From the IMG/VR virus record IMGVR_UViG_2721756095_000004, positions 35,705 through 99,704 of that record: 64,000 nt of DNA, one strand, 5' to 3'. Positions 18,837 to 28,553 of this stretch are shown here, in pieces. The notes below the pieces were generated by a model. That model had not been told where the DNA came from, searched no databases, and saw only the letters and a list, made by a program, of their open reading frames with translations. Source of the DNA: a virus. Taxonomy: Duplodnaviria > Caudoviricetes. The position numbers and the translations under genes are program-made. Every line of letters begins with the position of its first letter. Position 1 is the first letter of the stretch.

Positions 18837-19514
18837 ATGAGCTTTAAATTTGTTGAAGATAAATGTAGGTGTGGATGCGGAACTGCACTTGGATGGGTGA
18901 GTAAATCTACCTATTACCGTCTCATTGGTGGTTACGGGAATGCGGGGTGGATAAAGGGACATCGCGGCAACGGCTCCCTTAATTGCAACTGGAAAGGCGG
19001 GGTAGCTCATCCTGCAAACGGATACAGACTTATCAAGAGACCGGGCCACCCCAATGCAAGAAAGAGCGGGTACATTCTCGAACACAGGGCGGTTGCATCC
19101 GAGAAACTTGGGAGACCGCTTACCCCAAACGAAATTGTTCATCACGTTAATCATGTGAAGCTGGACAATTCGACAACTAATCTGGAAGTCATAACGCCGC
19201 GCGACCATATAAAAGAACATGACCCAAATCAATTTAAGAGGGTTGAGAAGAAGCCTAAAACATGCATAAGTTGTGGAAAGAAGTTCATAAAACCGATAAT
19301 TGGAAACCATAAACGAGCGAAGTTCTGTTCTATGAAATGCCGCAACAGCAAAGGCAGTACCGCTGTCAGGCGTAAGATTACGCTCGCGGATGAAGCGGAG
19401 ATTCTTCGCCTTCGTGGCAACACGCCACGGAAGGAGATCGCCAAACGCTTTGGGCTCACTGAAGGCGGCATAAAAGGTGTGTATAAGCGCAACATCCATT
19501 ACATGATCCCCTGA
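18837..19514 (+). CDS. HNH homing endonuclease, antisense to late operon
   Basis: NWKGG, HPNA...GYILEHR.V....LGR.L...E.VHHVN..K.DN...NL; CxxC..FCSxxC and C-terminal HTH. Confidence 0.9.
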   Translation: MSFKFVEDKCRCGCGTALGWVSKSTYYRLIGGYGNAGWIKGHRGNGSLNCNWKGGVAHPANGYRLIKRPGHPNARKSGYILEHRAVASEKLGRPLTPNEIVHHVNHVKLDNSTTNLEVITPRDHIKEHDPNQFKRVEKKPKTCISCGKKFIKPIIGNHKRAKFCSMKCRNSKGSTAVRRKITLADEAEILRLRGNTPRKEIAKRFGLTEGGIKGVYKRNIHYMIP

Positions 19515-20152
19515 TTGCGATAGTGATTAACAAATACTGGAATTGCCGCTCCCCCGCCGCCGCCCCCAGCCTCGTCCGCGCTGAAGTTGTCTATATGAAG
19601 CTGCTCGGCATTTATGGCGGTGCCGTATGCATTATTAAATGCCCGTATACCTGCTTTTCCTGCGGAAGTAATTCCTGTATCAGTAGCCTCAATCGTCGCC
19701 ACGCTATCCACGTATAGCTTAATCGCGCTGCCCGACATATCGAGCTTGAGATTGTATGTATTGCCCGGAGTCAGCGTGGCAGCTACGGCGCTTCCGAGTT
19801 GCGTCGCCGCGCCAGAAACGAACCTATACATTTGCCAGCCGGCGCCGATTGAGTGCCTGGCGTGGTAGAACGTATTTACGGAGGTTGAGGCCCTTCCTAC
19901 CACCCCGACGAGATTATTTGTGGCTGTGTAAGACGCTACGTAGATGTCGATTGATACGCTATAGTCGGCTGTCGCCGGGGTAGCGGAGTGGCAATAGGCA
20001 GAACTTGCCGCCCCAACAGGGTCTAGCTGACATCGATTATTCGCAATAAGAACATTATTGGAATAACTCGGATGCCTGCTCCAGTTCGCGCTATAGACCT
20101 GTAGCGTGTCTCCTGTGGTGCCAGTGAAACTATCTGATGCGAACTGAGCCAT
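19499..20152 (-). CDS. Concanavalin A/lectin-like beta-sandwich virion protein
   Basis: D.F start, ADYSV, G..GR, LKL...G..I..YVD, TD..I..AGKAG.R, IDNF.A. Confidence 0.6.
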   Translation of the reverse strand: MAQFASDSFTGTTGDTLQVYSANWSRHPSYSNNVLIANNRCQLDPVGAASSAYCHSATPATADYSVSIDIYVASYTATNNLVGVVGRASTSVNTFYHARHSIGAGWQMYRFVSGAATQLGSAVAATLTPGNTYNLKLDMSGSAIKLYVDSVATIEATDTGITSAGKAGIRAFNNAYGTAINAEQLHIDNFSADEAGGGGGGAAIPVFVNHYRNQGIM

Positions 20153-20577
20153 TACGCTACATCAAAGTTATTTTCGTCGAACGCTGCTTCAAGTTTCTGA
20201 CCTATGCCGCGAATAACATCTCGGTAGCCATCGGAGCCGCTAACGAAATCAGTGTTAATCCCCCGCCTAACAAGAGCTTCGTTCATCCTGGATTTTGTAA
20301 CGTTGTTGATCGCGTTGACTTTGCCGTCTAGCGGAAAATCAGGGAGCGCGTCAACACCTTTTGCGTCGATAACCTTTGCATGATTGTCCGTGTTAACCAA
20401 CACCAGCGTCCAAGTATGTAGCGGATGCCCGGTTACAGGATCGGACGGGATGCTGCCTACCCATGACACGCCAAGATCAGCGATGACGGGACGGAATGGG
20501 CCGGTTGTGGGCGTGGGCGGCACGTCCTGTCCGTCACCGATGATGTCGCAAATGTAGTATTTTTTAGCCATTTTCAT
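20152..20577 (-). CDS. Hypothetical phage protein
   Basis: RBS GGAG, TAATG coupling to next gene. Confidence 0.7.
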   Translation of the reverse strand: MKMAKKYYICDIIGDGQDVPPTPTTGPFRPVIADLGVSWVGSIPSDPVTGHPLHTWTLVLVNTDNHAKVIDAKGVDALPDFPLDGKVNAINNVTKSRMNEALVRRGINTDFVSGSDGYRDVIRGIGQKLEAAFDENNFDVA

Positions 20578-20585
20578 TTCTCCAT

Positions 20586-20610
20586 AAAAAAGCCGCCCAA
20601 ATGAGCGGCC
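20586..20610 (-). terminator. Intrinsic terminator-like hairpin
   Basis: GGCCGCTCATTTGGGCGGCTTTTT. Confidence 0.6.
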
Positions 20611-20632
20611 AGTTTCTTTTAAATCAATGTAA

Positions 20633-22672
20633 CTACGCCTGCTTTAATCCATCCATCGTTTCAGCCAGAACAACCCCTGTCACTTTCACATTACCCGACA
20701 GCACAACCTCAACGTTATCCGCCTTGTACCCACCCGGCAGCCTGAAAGCGCGTGTATTTGTCACCTGTTTCGTATGCTTCAACTGACCATCGGCCCATAG
20801 CTGAAACTGCAAGGAATCTATCGATAAAGGCGGCAAGGCCTCCATCGCATCCCCGCCAATTTCATACTCACCAAGGTACTGGTCAGCCAGCCCGTCATTC
20901 GTCTCGCCGCTTGTCATCAGCGCTTGATTTGCGGCAATGATTGCGTCCTGCGATGAAGAAGCGCCTGACTGCTCCGCTTCTGTCATATCGAAATCAGCAT
21001 CGATCTTTGCCGCGCCATAGTTGATAGGTGGGGCCGTGATGAACTTCTTGCTCTTCCACTCGTAGGATAGTTTCGTCCCTACATCGCCTTCCCAGTGGTA
21101 GATTTTCTTGTCAGCCGCGACGTAGAGCTTCCCGGTCCAAGGGTCAGCCCATATCGCCGTGATTTTCTGATTAACCTTGATGAAAGACGCTGACTCAGCC
21201 TTGTCGATGACAAACATTAGAGAACTGTCGTCAACGGTATACCCGCAGTAATAGCGGTTGTCGGCAGATGCCGCGATGAAGGTATCAGGATTGAGTTCCG
21301 CCCATTCCTTCTGAGTGAATAGGTCTTTGGTCACAATATCCGTACTCACTCCGGCGATCACCAGCCCTTGCGGCGCAGGATAGCCCACGCCGAAGGCAAA
21401 GCTCGCAACACCGCGTTTCGCCATGCACGGCCATGCAACACCCATCTTCTCCATGCCGCCGCCCATCGTCACGGGCTCAACGCCGGTAATGGTGAAGGGA
21501 TTGCCTTTCGTCATTCCAACAAGGGTCGTGCCGATGACGCCTATCGCCACAATGTCCTGATCGTAAGTTTGCCGGTAAGCAGTCGGCCAGGCATAGGGTT
21601 TGAATGGTTCCGAGAAGCAAATCTCGTTGCCGAAGAATCCGCAGGCTATGCCGTTCGCCATGATGATGATGCCCTTCATATCTGCAGGCGGCATAAGCCA
21701 AGTCGTTGAGGGCAACACTTCGCCTAATGCGACAGTTTCATCACTGGCTGTATCGTCATACGTCGTGGTAATCGCGGATATGGTTACAACGTAGTGATAT
21801 TCAGTGCCGGAAGAGGTCGTGAGCGTACGGTAGATGCGCTTGTTCATCGACGCGGTATTGTGGGGCGCTTGCCGCATCCACGTGCCGCCGGAGGTATAAG
21901 TCTGGGTCGTGGATAAAATGATCGTGACTTTATTCGTAGCCGAATCGACGCTCTCAAGCGTGAAGGTTTCGTTTATATCCGTCATGCCAGCTACTGCGGC
22001 GAATGTCAGTGTTTCGCCTTCGCGCAACCCAAATACTGTATCAAGGGTGATCTCAACGTAACCCGCAGAAGGCGTATCCTTGACCGCAGCGGTTACAGTT
22101 CCAGAGTTCGGAGGCGCAGTATCCAGACCTGTTAATGCCCAGGTCGCGCCCGATTCCTTGCCGGTAGCAAGGGTCGATGCCGGAGAAGGCGCTGATTCCT
22201 CGCCCCAGGGCGTAACGAAGGTATAAACGTATGCCCTGGTGACATCAGCGCCAGTGCCGCCAGTTGCAGATACAGATGCGGCGGTAACCGGTGGGGATAC
22301 GCCCAGCACGAAACAACCAGAAGGATACGGTCCCACCCCAGCGGTTGCTGTGTCGTAATTCGATACCCTTGGTTCGCCGTCTCCGGTGTAATAGAAGCGC
22401 CGATCGACATTGTCCGCAATAGGCGAGCGCGCAACGTCCACATCCTTATCCCAGGCCAACCACTTCTCGTTACCGTCCTTCTCCATGCGGAACATCGATT
22501 TAATATCATTGTCGATTACCGGAGCAGCGATGAGCAGCGGACCATTGCGCGGACGCAAGTCACCGGACGTGAGGATGCAGTTCGTCGCAATCTGGGCCTG
22601 ACTAGGGCCAAGCAACTGCTTCGCCAGTCGGGGGACAAGACCGGAGAAACCGGCAATTCGGAAAGCAGCCAT
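20633..22672 (-). CDS. Podoviral tail nozzle / stabilisation protein (679 aa)
   Basis: F.GL.PR....L....AQ.A.NC, RAYVYTFVT.WGEES.PS, FSEP..P.AWP, W.SK.F, FRLP.G. Confidence 0.8.
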   Translation of the reverse strand: MAAFRIAGFSGLVPRLAKQLLGPSQAQIATNCILTSGDLRPRNGPLLIAAPVIDNDIKSMFRMEKDGNEKWLAWDKDVDVARSPIADNVDRRFYYTGDGEPRVSNYDTATAGVGPYPSGCFVLGVSPPVTAASVSATGGTGADVTRAYVYTFVTPWGEESAPSPASTLATGKESGATWALTGLDTAPPNSGTVTAAVKDTPSAGYVEITLDTVFGLREGETLTFAAVAGMTDINETFTLESVDSATNKVTIILSTTQTYTSGGTWMRQAPHNTASMNKRIYRTLTTSSGTEYHYVVTISAITTTYDDTASDETVALGEVLPSTTWLMPPADMKGIIIMANGIACGFFGNEICFSEPFKPYAWPTAYRQTYDQDIVAIGVIGTTLVGMTKGNPFTITGVEPVTMGGGMEKMGVAWPCMAKRGVASFAFGVGYPAPQGLVIAGVSTDIVTKDLFTQKEWAELNPDTFIAASADNRYYCGYTVDDSSLMFVIDKAESASFIKVNQKITAIWADPWTGKLYVAADKKIYHWEGDVGTKLSYEWKSKKFITAPPINYGAAKIDADFDMTEAEQSGASSSQDAIIAANQALMTSGETNDGLADQYLGEYEIGGDAMEALPPLSIDSLQFQLWADGQLKHTKQVTNTRAFRLPGGYKADNVEVVLSGNVKVTGVVLAETMDGLKQA

Positions 22673-22675
22673 CTG

Positions 22676-22798
22676 TTATTTACCTTCCAGCCAGTCAAAG
22701 AACGAAACGATGCTGAACGCAATCACCCCGGCGATCACCGATACGGAAATCAGCCCAGTTAGGATGTCCGAAGTGAAATACTCCATGACTTGATTCAT
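22676..22798 (-). CDS. 40-aa single-helix membrane peptide
   Basis: MNQVMEYFTSDILTGLISVSVIAGVIAFSIVSFFDWLEGK, translated by hand. Confidence 0.45.
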   Translation of the reverse strand: MNQVMEYFTSDILTGLISVSVIAGVIAFSIVSFFDWLEGK

Positions 22799-22938
22799 TT
22801 ATCTTATGCCTAATAGATTGTTTAAGCCATTCCGCATAAATAGACGATAGGCAACAAAAAAGCCGCTATTGCGGCCTATGTCTACCCCTCAACTCACTGA
22901 TTTAAATCGATTGTAGGGCTTCTACGCTTGTCTAGTTT

Positions 22939-23229
22939 TTAAGCAGTTTCGACCGCATAAATCTGTTTGCCAGGTTTCGCCCGGCGATGTCCACCTTTTA
23001 GCCCTAGCGAGCGCAGGTAAGCATAAAAGTGCTTGAACTCGGCCAATGTTGGTCGTTGGCCACACAATCCCATAAACTCATAGACTCCGTTTTCCACGTA
23101 GACTGTTACGACACAGTTGTAAGGCCCAGGGATTGCATTGGCATCATCATGCACGCGCACCAGTCCGACATTCGGGGTAATCCAGTTAAGCGTTGCTCGC
23201 CCGTTACGGTAGTCGTAGTGGTAGGTCAC
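22939..23229 (-). CDS. Hypothetical protein
   Basis: GTGA overlap with endolysin stop. Confidence 0.55.
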   Translation of the reverse strand: MTYHYDYRNGRATLNWITPNVGLVRVHDDANAIPGPYNCVVTVYVENGVYEFMGLCGQRPTLAEFKHFYAYLRSLGLKGGHRRAKPGKQIYAVETA

Positions 23230-23708
23230 GCCAGCCCCATGTACAACTTGTATTCAGTTTCGCGTCGGATGGTTAGGCCCTTGAGTGGCTTGCCGTTGAA
23301 CTTATTCCAGCGCAAGATTTCTTTGCCCGCGCCCTCATAGTCGCCCGAATTAAGCTTGCGAACGAGTGTTGATCCGCAGAAGGCTGACACGCCTATGTTG
23401 TATGTAAGGCTGACCAGCGCATCATACTCATGCTGATAGAGCGAGACCTTAACGCAGCGCTTCACTCCCGCGGCATAAACATCCTCAACCTCATCCATAA
23501 GCCTTATAAGGCTGCGAACAGGGTCAGTCTTATCACCCATCTTGACGCCCGCAGTAGTTCCGAAACCAATAGTAGGTACATCACCGGAAACGGGAACATA
23601 CGCTTCCTCCTCATAACCCTCATGCACGGCAAGCCCAACAAGGGTAGATGCCGTCAGTACCAAGGCAGCGATAGCAGAGCGGGCCTGATTTACGGATGGC
23701 TTAATCAT
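23226..23708 (-). CDS. Endolysin, GH24 lysozyme with probable SAR anchor
   Basis: HEG-x7-GD-VPTIGFGTT, DAL.S..YN.G...FC.STL.RKLN, GL..RR..E; Ala/Thr-rich N-terminal helix. Confidence 0.93.
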   Translation of the reverse strand: MIKPSVNQARSAIAALVLTASTLVGLAVHEGYEEEAYVPVSGDVPTIGFGTTAGVKMGDKTDPVRSLIRLMDEVEDVYAAGVKRCVKVSLYQHEYDALVSLTYNIGVSAFCGSTLVRKLNSGDYEGAGKEILRWNKFNGKPLKGLTIRRETEYKLYMGLA

Positions 23709-23992
23709 TGCGTTCCTCCATTCTTGGCCGCATCGAGCGCAGCTTTAATCTGTGCCACGGCTATTCCCTGATCGGTAGGCCGCGCAAGAAACGCACCGAT
23801 AGCACCGATCAGATACCCGAGGTACTTCAGCACCGGAGCAGCAAGCTCGAGTGCTTCGGGGGTTATGCCAAAAACGCCGGTCGGCAAAAGATGAACTGAT
23901 TCCGACGCGCTAATGATAAGCGCAGCAATGGCCGCAAGCCTTACGCTCCAGGCCTTGGTCATGATTACTTTCCAGTTCTCGACTAGCTTCAT
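23705..23992 (-). CDS. Holin
   Basis: MKLVENWK....AWSVRL start, two TM helices, AR...Q; directly upstream of lysozyme. Confidence 0.75.
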   Translation of the reverse strand: MKLVENWKVIMTKAWSVRLAAIAALIISASESVHLLPTGVFGITPEALELAAPVLKYLGYLIGAIGAFLARPTDQGIAVAQIKAALDAAKNGGTQ

Positions 23993-24255
23993 TTCTTGGT
24001 TTCCAATTCAATCAATCCTTGTAGGGTGTGCGCGGCCTTCTCGATGTCCTGAAAGCCGCCCTTGCTCTGCTCCCGCGCAAGATAAGCGATGGCCGTGCCT
24101 TTCATGTAACCCCTAAACTCTTCCGGCGTCAGCCAGGCACGCAATACCTCCCACGGCTGAAACGCGCCCATATCCTTGTAATGGCTGCCGCCTATCTGCA
24201 CATTTAGCGCCGACTCTTTTTTATTCTCATCGGCAAATTCACTTGGGTATTCCAT
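23989..24255 (-). CDS. DUF3310 / SaV-like protein
   Basis: QIGGSHYK....QPWE....GYMKG.A..Y..R...KGG..DI.KA. Confidence 0.85.
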   Translation of the reverse strand: MEYPSEFADENKKESALNVQIGGSHYKDMGAFQPWEVLRAWLTPEEFRGYMKGTAIAYLAREQSKGGFQDIEKAAHTLQGLIELETKK

Positions 24256-25208
24256 CAGCTATATGCCTTTTTTAAGAACGCGAGACTCACGCTCATAATG
24301 TCGTACCTGCCCGCGTCAACTTCATGCTTCACTATGATTCCCCGCTTATGATCATCGCCCTGCGGCCCAAGATAACTTTCGTCATGTGAGTAACAAGTCG
24401 CGCAAAACAAAGCCGTCTGTTGTGTCTTCTTGTGGATAGCAATATCCATATGCTGAACATGCCCCATCGTTGCAGAGCACTGCCGCTCACGCAGCAAAGC
24501 CGCTGCGGAACTCACCGGCCTGCCCATGACGCCAGACGTGAAGAAGTGAGAATATTCAACGCCGTCCTTCTTGATCACTTTCAGGAACGGGTGAAAATTC
24601 CAGCCATACTCTTCAATACCCAAATCCAGACGGTCAATCTTCCCGCTGTATTCCGGATTGTTATCGGCAACCCGCGTGATGCGTTGCTCGTGATTGCCTT
24701 CCGTAAACTCCATTTCCGGCCTGTATTGCTCATGCCTGGGCGCGGTTCGGTTGTAGTCATGAATAGGCTTTAGCAGCCGCTCCATCGCATCCCGCCCCGC
24801 TTTCACATCCTTGACATACCGCCGCCCCTCGAATGGCAGCTTGCCTTTGTCGTACATGGACAGGCTCGGCATATCCCAGAAGTCGCCAATGTTGATAATT
24901 ACATCTGGCTTCTTCTCAACGATGTAATTCCCGATCCATTCCCAATGGTCGGTATTCACGCCTTCCTTGACTTGCCCATCAGGGATAACAAGGTGCATCT
25001 TGCCGATCCGCTGCCTCGAATGGATCCTTGGCGCTTCTTTCCTGAACGTCGGCTGCAATCCTCTGATTCTCGCGGTGGCGACCCGGCTTTCAAGTGTTCC
25101 TTTCGGTATCCCGCATCCTGCTTTTGCTGCTAAAAAAGGACTCCCGTATTCCTCGATCAGATTCAACGCCTGGATCAGCATCGAATCCGGCAGTCTTGGA
25201 GTTGGCAT
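24255..25208 (-). CDS. Calcineurin-like metallophosphoesterase
   Basis: IPD.Q, IGDFWD, EGNHE, YSH, MGH.Q motifs. Confidence 0.88.
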   Translation of the reverse strand: MPTPRLPDSMLIQALNLIEEYGSPFLAAKAGCGIPKGTLESRVATARIRGLQPTFRKEAPRIHSRQRIGKMHLVIPDGQVKEGVNTDHWEWIGNYIVEKKPDVIINIGDFWDMPSLSMYDKGKLPFEGRRYVKDVKAGRDAMERLLKPIHDYNRTAPRHEQYRPEMEFTEGNHEQRITRVADNNPEYSGKIDRLDLGIEEYGWNFHPFLKVIKKDGVEYSHFFTSGVMGRPVSSAAALLRERQCSATMGHVQHMDIAIHKKTQQTALFCATCYSHDESYLGPQGDDHKRGIIVKHEVDAGRYDIMSVSLAFLKKAYS

Positions 25209-25463
25209 TTATTTAACCGGCTCTCTAGTAACGGTGCGCAAATACCAGTTCACAGCGTTGTTCCCGGCGCACACCAGCAACAGGACGATGTAAGCCCAGC
25301 CGGGCACGAGCTCTTTAAGGAACCCGGTAAAGAACTCCACCCCCGCGATGCACGTAGACAGGACTCCCAATATCCCGTTGTACCAAAGCGTCTTGCTCTT
25401 CTTCTTTGGCTTTGATTCGGGGCCCTGATCTTGATATTGATTTTTCTCGGTTCTCGTGGTCAT
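25209..25463 (-). CDS. Second holin-like membrane protein
   Basis: RBS AAGGAG; KSKTLW.N, two TM helices, N..LR..T..P end. Confidence 0.6.
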   Translation of the reverse strand: MTTRTEKNQYQDQGPESKPKKKSKTLWYNGILGVLSTCIAGVEFFTGFLKELVPGWAYIVLLLVCAGNNAVNWYLRTVTREPVK

Positions 25464-25611
25464 CCCCACACTCCTTATTGCAGTACGCGCCAATGGACTT
25501 TTCGCCGCAGTTCAGACAGTGTCCGTCTTGCTCCGGTACCGGCTTTCTGTGGCGCAATGCCGCATCTCTGTGTATCGCCTCTTGCTGCTCAGCCTTCTCC
25601 GCTTCGTCCAT
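25315..25611 (-). CDS. Phage TraR/DksA-like C4 zinc-finger protein
   Basis: MDEAE.A...E, C.NCGE....YC..EC..D; tail overlaps next gene. Confidence 0.65.
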   Translation of the reverse strand: MDEAEKAEQQEAIHRDAALRHRKPVPEQDGHCLNCGEKSIGAYCNKECGDDHENREKSISRSGPRIKAKEEEQDALVQRDIGSPVYVHRGGGVLYRVP

Positions 25612-25614
25612 GAT

Positions 25615-25857
25615 TTAGCGCTTCAAACTCAACAGGCAATCAAACTTCAAGTGCACCGACTCCTCTGCGTCGCCGGCATCGATGTCTGCGCACGGCTTAC
25701 TCTTTCCGTTACGAATCACGGTTACTTTCTCTTTCGGCTCTTCCCGTGTCGCGCGGACTTCAATCATTGGTGACATCGATGCGAGTTCAGGAATTGGTGT
25801 TTGCGGCGGGACGCTGCAGCCTGCGAGAACACACAGAATGAATAAATATTTCATCAT
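25615..25857 (-). CDS. Small lipoprotein
   Basis: MMKYLFILCVLAGC lipobox; RBS GAGGAG. Confidence 0.7.
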   Translation of the reverse strand: MMKYLFILCVLAGCSVPPQTPIPELASMSPMIEVRATREEPKEKVTVIRNGKSKPCADIDAGDAEESVHLKFDCLLSLKR

Positions 25858-26141
25858 CTCCTCCCGTGCGGCCACTGCTCAATCAGCCGATCCATTTTTG
25901 AATTGAGTAGTTGCATGGATTCACGCTGCTCAACTCTTGTGGATTTGAGTTCTTCACTCAGCCGTTCATTGGTTCGTTCTTGATACATTTCGCCGCGCTT
26001 TAAACTGGCGATGTCGTTTTGTACGGCGTTATATGTCGCTACACCCGAGGCAAGCAGGCCAGCAACAGCAATAATTCCGCTGAACGACAAAGCGTAGGTA
26101 GACGGCCCTCTTGGACGCGGCTTTTCGTCATCACAGTTCAT
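25854..26141 (-). CDS. Membrane-anchored coiled-coil protein (lysis-region type)
   Basis: One TM helix then heptads ending K.DRLIE. Confidence 0.6.
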   Translation of the reverse strand: MNCDDEKPRPRGPSTYALSFSGIIAVAGLLASGVATYNAVQNDIASLKRGEMYQERTNERLSEELKSTRVEQRESMQLLNSKMDRLIEQWPHGRR

Positions 26142-26143
26142 GA

Positions 26144-26314
26144 TTAGGAAATGGCCCACAGAAATATGATCATCACTACGGCCGCGCCCAACAGCATTAC
26201 CGCAGTCCACTTCGATGCTTTCAGCCTGTCCAGCAGAGAATCCGCTCCCTTGTCGGCCTCTGCATTCATCTTCTCCGCGTACTCCTTGAGCTTCTGGCGC
26301 TGGAACATCGTCAT
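26144..26314 (-). CDS. Small C-terminally anchored membrane protein
   Basis: RBS GGAG; C-terminal hydrophobic helix. Confidence 0.55.
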   Translation of the reverse strand: MTMFQRQKLKEYAEKMNAEADKGADSLLDRLKASKWTAVMLLGAAVVMIIFLWAIS

Positions 26315-26376
26315 CTGAATCTCCATAAAAAAAGCCGCTCATTGGCGGCAGTAGTTTCGTTACAGTGCTTTGTTTC

Positions 26377-26649
26377 TTAACGGAAATAATAATACCAAAT
26401 ATCGAATATGAGACAGACCAGGAACCAGAAGAACAAATCAATGCGGCCGATCAGCAGCACGCTCCACTTCTTTTGCTCAAGCTCGCGGATGGTTGCGACT
26501 GCCATCACAAGGATCGTCGCGCCCCATGCCGGTACAGGCTGAGTGAAAGCGATCAGCAGGCATAGGCCGTAGAGCATATGGGCAGCCTGATCCAAACATC
26601 CTGTCCAGAATGTTTTGACGCGCGGCGGGTTGCAGGTGCAGACGGTCAT
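26377..26649 (-). CDS. Small membrane protein, VanZ/YfiM-like pattern
   Basis: DQ..H...G / RE..Q / DL pattern over three helices; ATGA overlap. Confidence 0.5.
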   Translation of the reverse strand: MTVCTCNPPRVKTFWTGCLDQAAHMLYGLCLLIAFTQPVPAWGATILVMAVATIRELEQKKWSVLLIGRIDLFFWFLVCLIFDIWYYYFR

Positions 26650-27032
26650 AATGCGTGTTTCGGCAATTGATCGACGGTGAGGGAGTAAGGGTTGCTCCGG
26701 TCCAGATTGTGAGAGTAAGGATTTAGTGGGGTGCGGCACTCAACCGGCAGTCGCAACAACTGTTGTGTCTGCTCACCCTGTTTCACCATTTCATTCCGGA
26801 ACGATTCGGTGGCCGCAACCCCTTTGCGCGACTCATTGGCTGTGTTGATCATGAGCATTGGCATCCAGGCAATGGCGCAGGCAAAACTATCGGTTTCCTG
26901 CCCGGTGTTGTTGTCCACGCCACGAATTTGCACGTACCATGGGCAGCGATGCAACTCCTGCTCCCCATCCTTATTGACCTTGACCTCTTCGCACTTTGCC
27001 CCAAGTGGGCACTCCGCTTCTTTTACTTTCAT
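26646..27032 (-). CDS. Cys-containing fibre-associated protein
   Basis: CPL...C...CPW....G....G......CA.AW.P...AA.ESFRNEMV; TAATG-coupled to fibre gene. Confidence 0.7.
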   Translation of the reverse strand: MKVKEAECPLGAKCEEVKVNKDGEQELHRCPWYVQIRGVDNNTGQETDSFACAIAWMPMLMINTANESRKGVAATESFRNEMVKQGEQTQQLLRLPVECRTPLNPYSHNLDRSNPYSLTVDQLPKHAL

Positions 27033-27928
27033 TAGTTTTTGCTCGCTATGATCATGTCAATGTATTGCACAGCCATGCTAATGGACGTGCCGGTGAATGT
27101 GTGGGTGTGGGAGCCGCCTCCTCCGGCGCTGTCGCTCGTAACCACCGCGCTAGACCCGTCGGAATTTCCTTTTCCTGGACTGCTTCCACCCCCGCTTAAT
27201 CCGTAATGAGTGGTTGTGTGCGTATGCGCTGGTATCTGCGCTATAGTCAACGTAGTGCCCCCAACCGTGCCGGATACAGGGCGTACTCCGAACGTATCGG
27301 TAAAGGTGTTGGTTCCGCCCGACCCTCCACCTGCCCCACTTACAATTCTTAGCGCCTTGTTGTTATGTGTTGTTACCTGCGTCCACCCGGTGGGCGCGGC
27401 GGCTTGGAAAAAAAACATAACCGTGCCCGTAGGTATAATCTCAGCGCTTGTAGCCACGCCCAACGTTGCCCGCATTGCTGCCGCGTCCGCATCGTCCAGA
27501 AGAGCGCGCGCAGCGGCCGTCAAATCAGCTACAGAAGCAGTCCCCGATCCAGTAAAGTAAGGTAATTTGTCAGCGGCAGAAGCGAGTCCGCCTAAAGCAA
27601 TCAGATTCGCATTCGACAGCGATTCTTCCAACGCGATATTGCAGAGCCCGGCAACGAAATAATCCCCCGCACTCCACGTTCGCGCAGTCGTTCCATCCAG
27701 CCCGCGCCCACCTACGGCAATGGTCATTGCATCGGTCGAACGAGCCTCAATCTTCACTACCTCACGGTTACCGGAAGCGTCTTTGAAGATTCCGTAGAAG
27801 TAGTCTCCGGCGGCTAAGCTAGGAAAGAGCAGACCTTTGCCGGCTTCGACTGTGAAACTTAGACCGGTTGTGCCGCTGGGTGCTGAGCCTACGATTGCTT
27901 TACCGAAATTGGAAAACTTAAGTCCCAT
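27032..27928 (-). CDS. Tail fibre with collar-like domain
   Basis: RG.DGT.A..W anchor, [34 protein letters not shown]. Confidence 0.85.
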   Translation of the reverse strand: MGLKFSNFGKAIVGSAPSGTTGLSFTVEAGKGLLFPSLAAGDYFYGIFKDASGNREVVKIEARSTDAMTIAVGGRGLDGTTARTWSAGDYFVAGLCNIALEESLSNANLIALGGLASAADKLPYFTGSGTASVADLTAAARALLDDADAAAMRATLGVATSAEIIPTGTVMFFFQAAAPTGWTQVTTHNNKALRIVSGAGGGSGGTNTFTDTFGVRPVSGTVGGTTLTIAQIPAHTHTTTHYGLSGGGSSPGKGNSDGSSAVVTSDSAGGGGSHTHTFTGTSISMAVQYIDMIIASKN

Positions 27929-27931
27929 GTA

Positions 27932-28552
27932 TTAACCCCTTCTCAAGATCGATGTTTGCAGCGGCGATCTTGTGTAATTTCTGGCCGCGCGCATCCCGGC
28001 AGCAGCCGTCTTAATCGTGAATTGCTGCGCGTGATAGGCAGCAAGCTGCGCGCTACTGTACGGCTTCTTGGGCGATAGCATCAGCCTCGACAGAGCCCCA
28101 TGAACAATCGCCTCGCGGTATTCGTTGAACAGCAGATCATCAACGCCTGTTGCGTCAACCGAAGGTTTGAGCGCGACAATCATGGTCAGCGTTCCGGAAA
28201 CGTCAGGCTCAGGCACGAGCGTGAGCGATGTAGCGCCTCCCATGATGTATTCTGGCGTACCGGTTTCGTTGCGCCAGTCGGCAATGTGAATTCCAGACTC
28301 GCCGGTTATCCGTAACTCGTCGTCATCGAACTGTGCGTAAGTGATCGTGTGGATTACGGCTTGAGCAGGAGGAACAAATGCATATGAGGCGGTACCGCTC
28401 GTTACCGCTATGTCGCCGTGGGTTGCTTTGTATGCTAGAGACTGCTCGCAGAACGTGATCGCGGATTGGCGTAGGGCTATGTCAGCGGCGGCAAACGGAC
28501 AGCCAGGGACGTCAGGAATAATCAGATCGTAGAATTCGCTCCATAACTTCAT
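27932..28552 (-). CDS. Head-tail adaptor
   Basis: PGCP......LR..AI.FC, G.P, L.P.P, I..GAL.RL...P.K. Confidence 0.7.
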   Translation of the reverse strand: MKLWSEFYDLIIPDVPGCPFAAADIALRQSAITFCEQSLAYKATHGDIAVTSGTASYAFVPPAQAVIHTITYAQFDDDELRITGESGIHIADWRNETGTPEYIMGGATSLTLVPEPDVSGTLTMIVALKPSVDATGVDDLLFNEYREAIVHGALSRLMLSPKKPYSSAQLAAYHAQQFTIKTAAAGMRAARNYTRSPLQTSILRRG

Positions 28553-28553
28553 A

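Noticed and set aside
18762-19499. 245-aa minus-strand ORF in operon orientation
   Set aside because: Shadow of the clear HNH gene on the plus strand; no protein-like features, although its ATG forms a TAATG overlap that may be a pre-insertion relic
6457-28552. Diversity-generating retroelement as in BPP-1-like podophages
   Set aside because: No reverse transcriptase and no adenine-variable repeat pair seen
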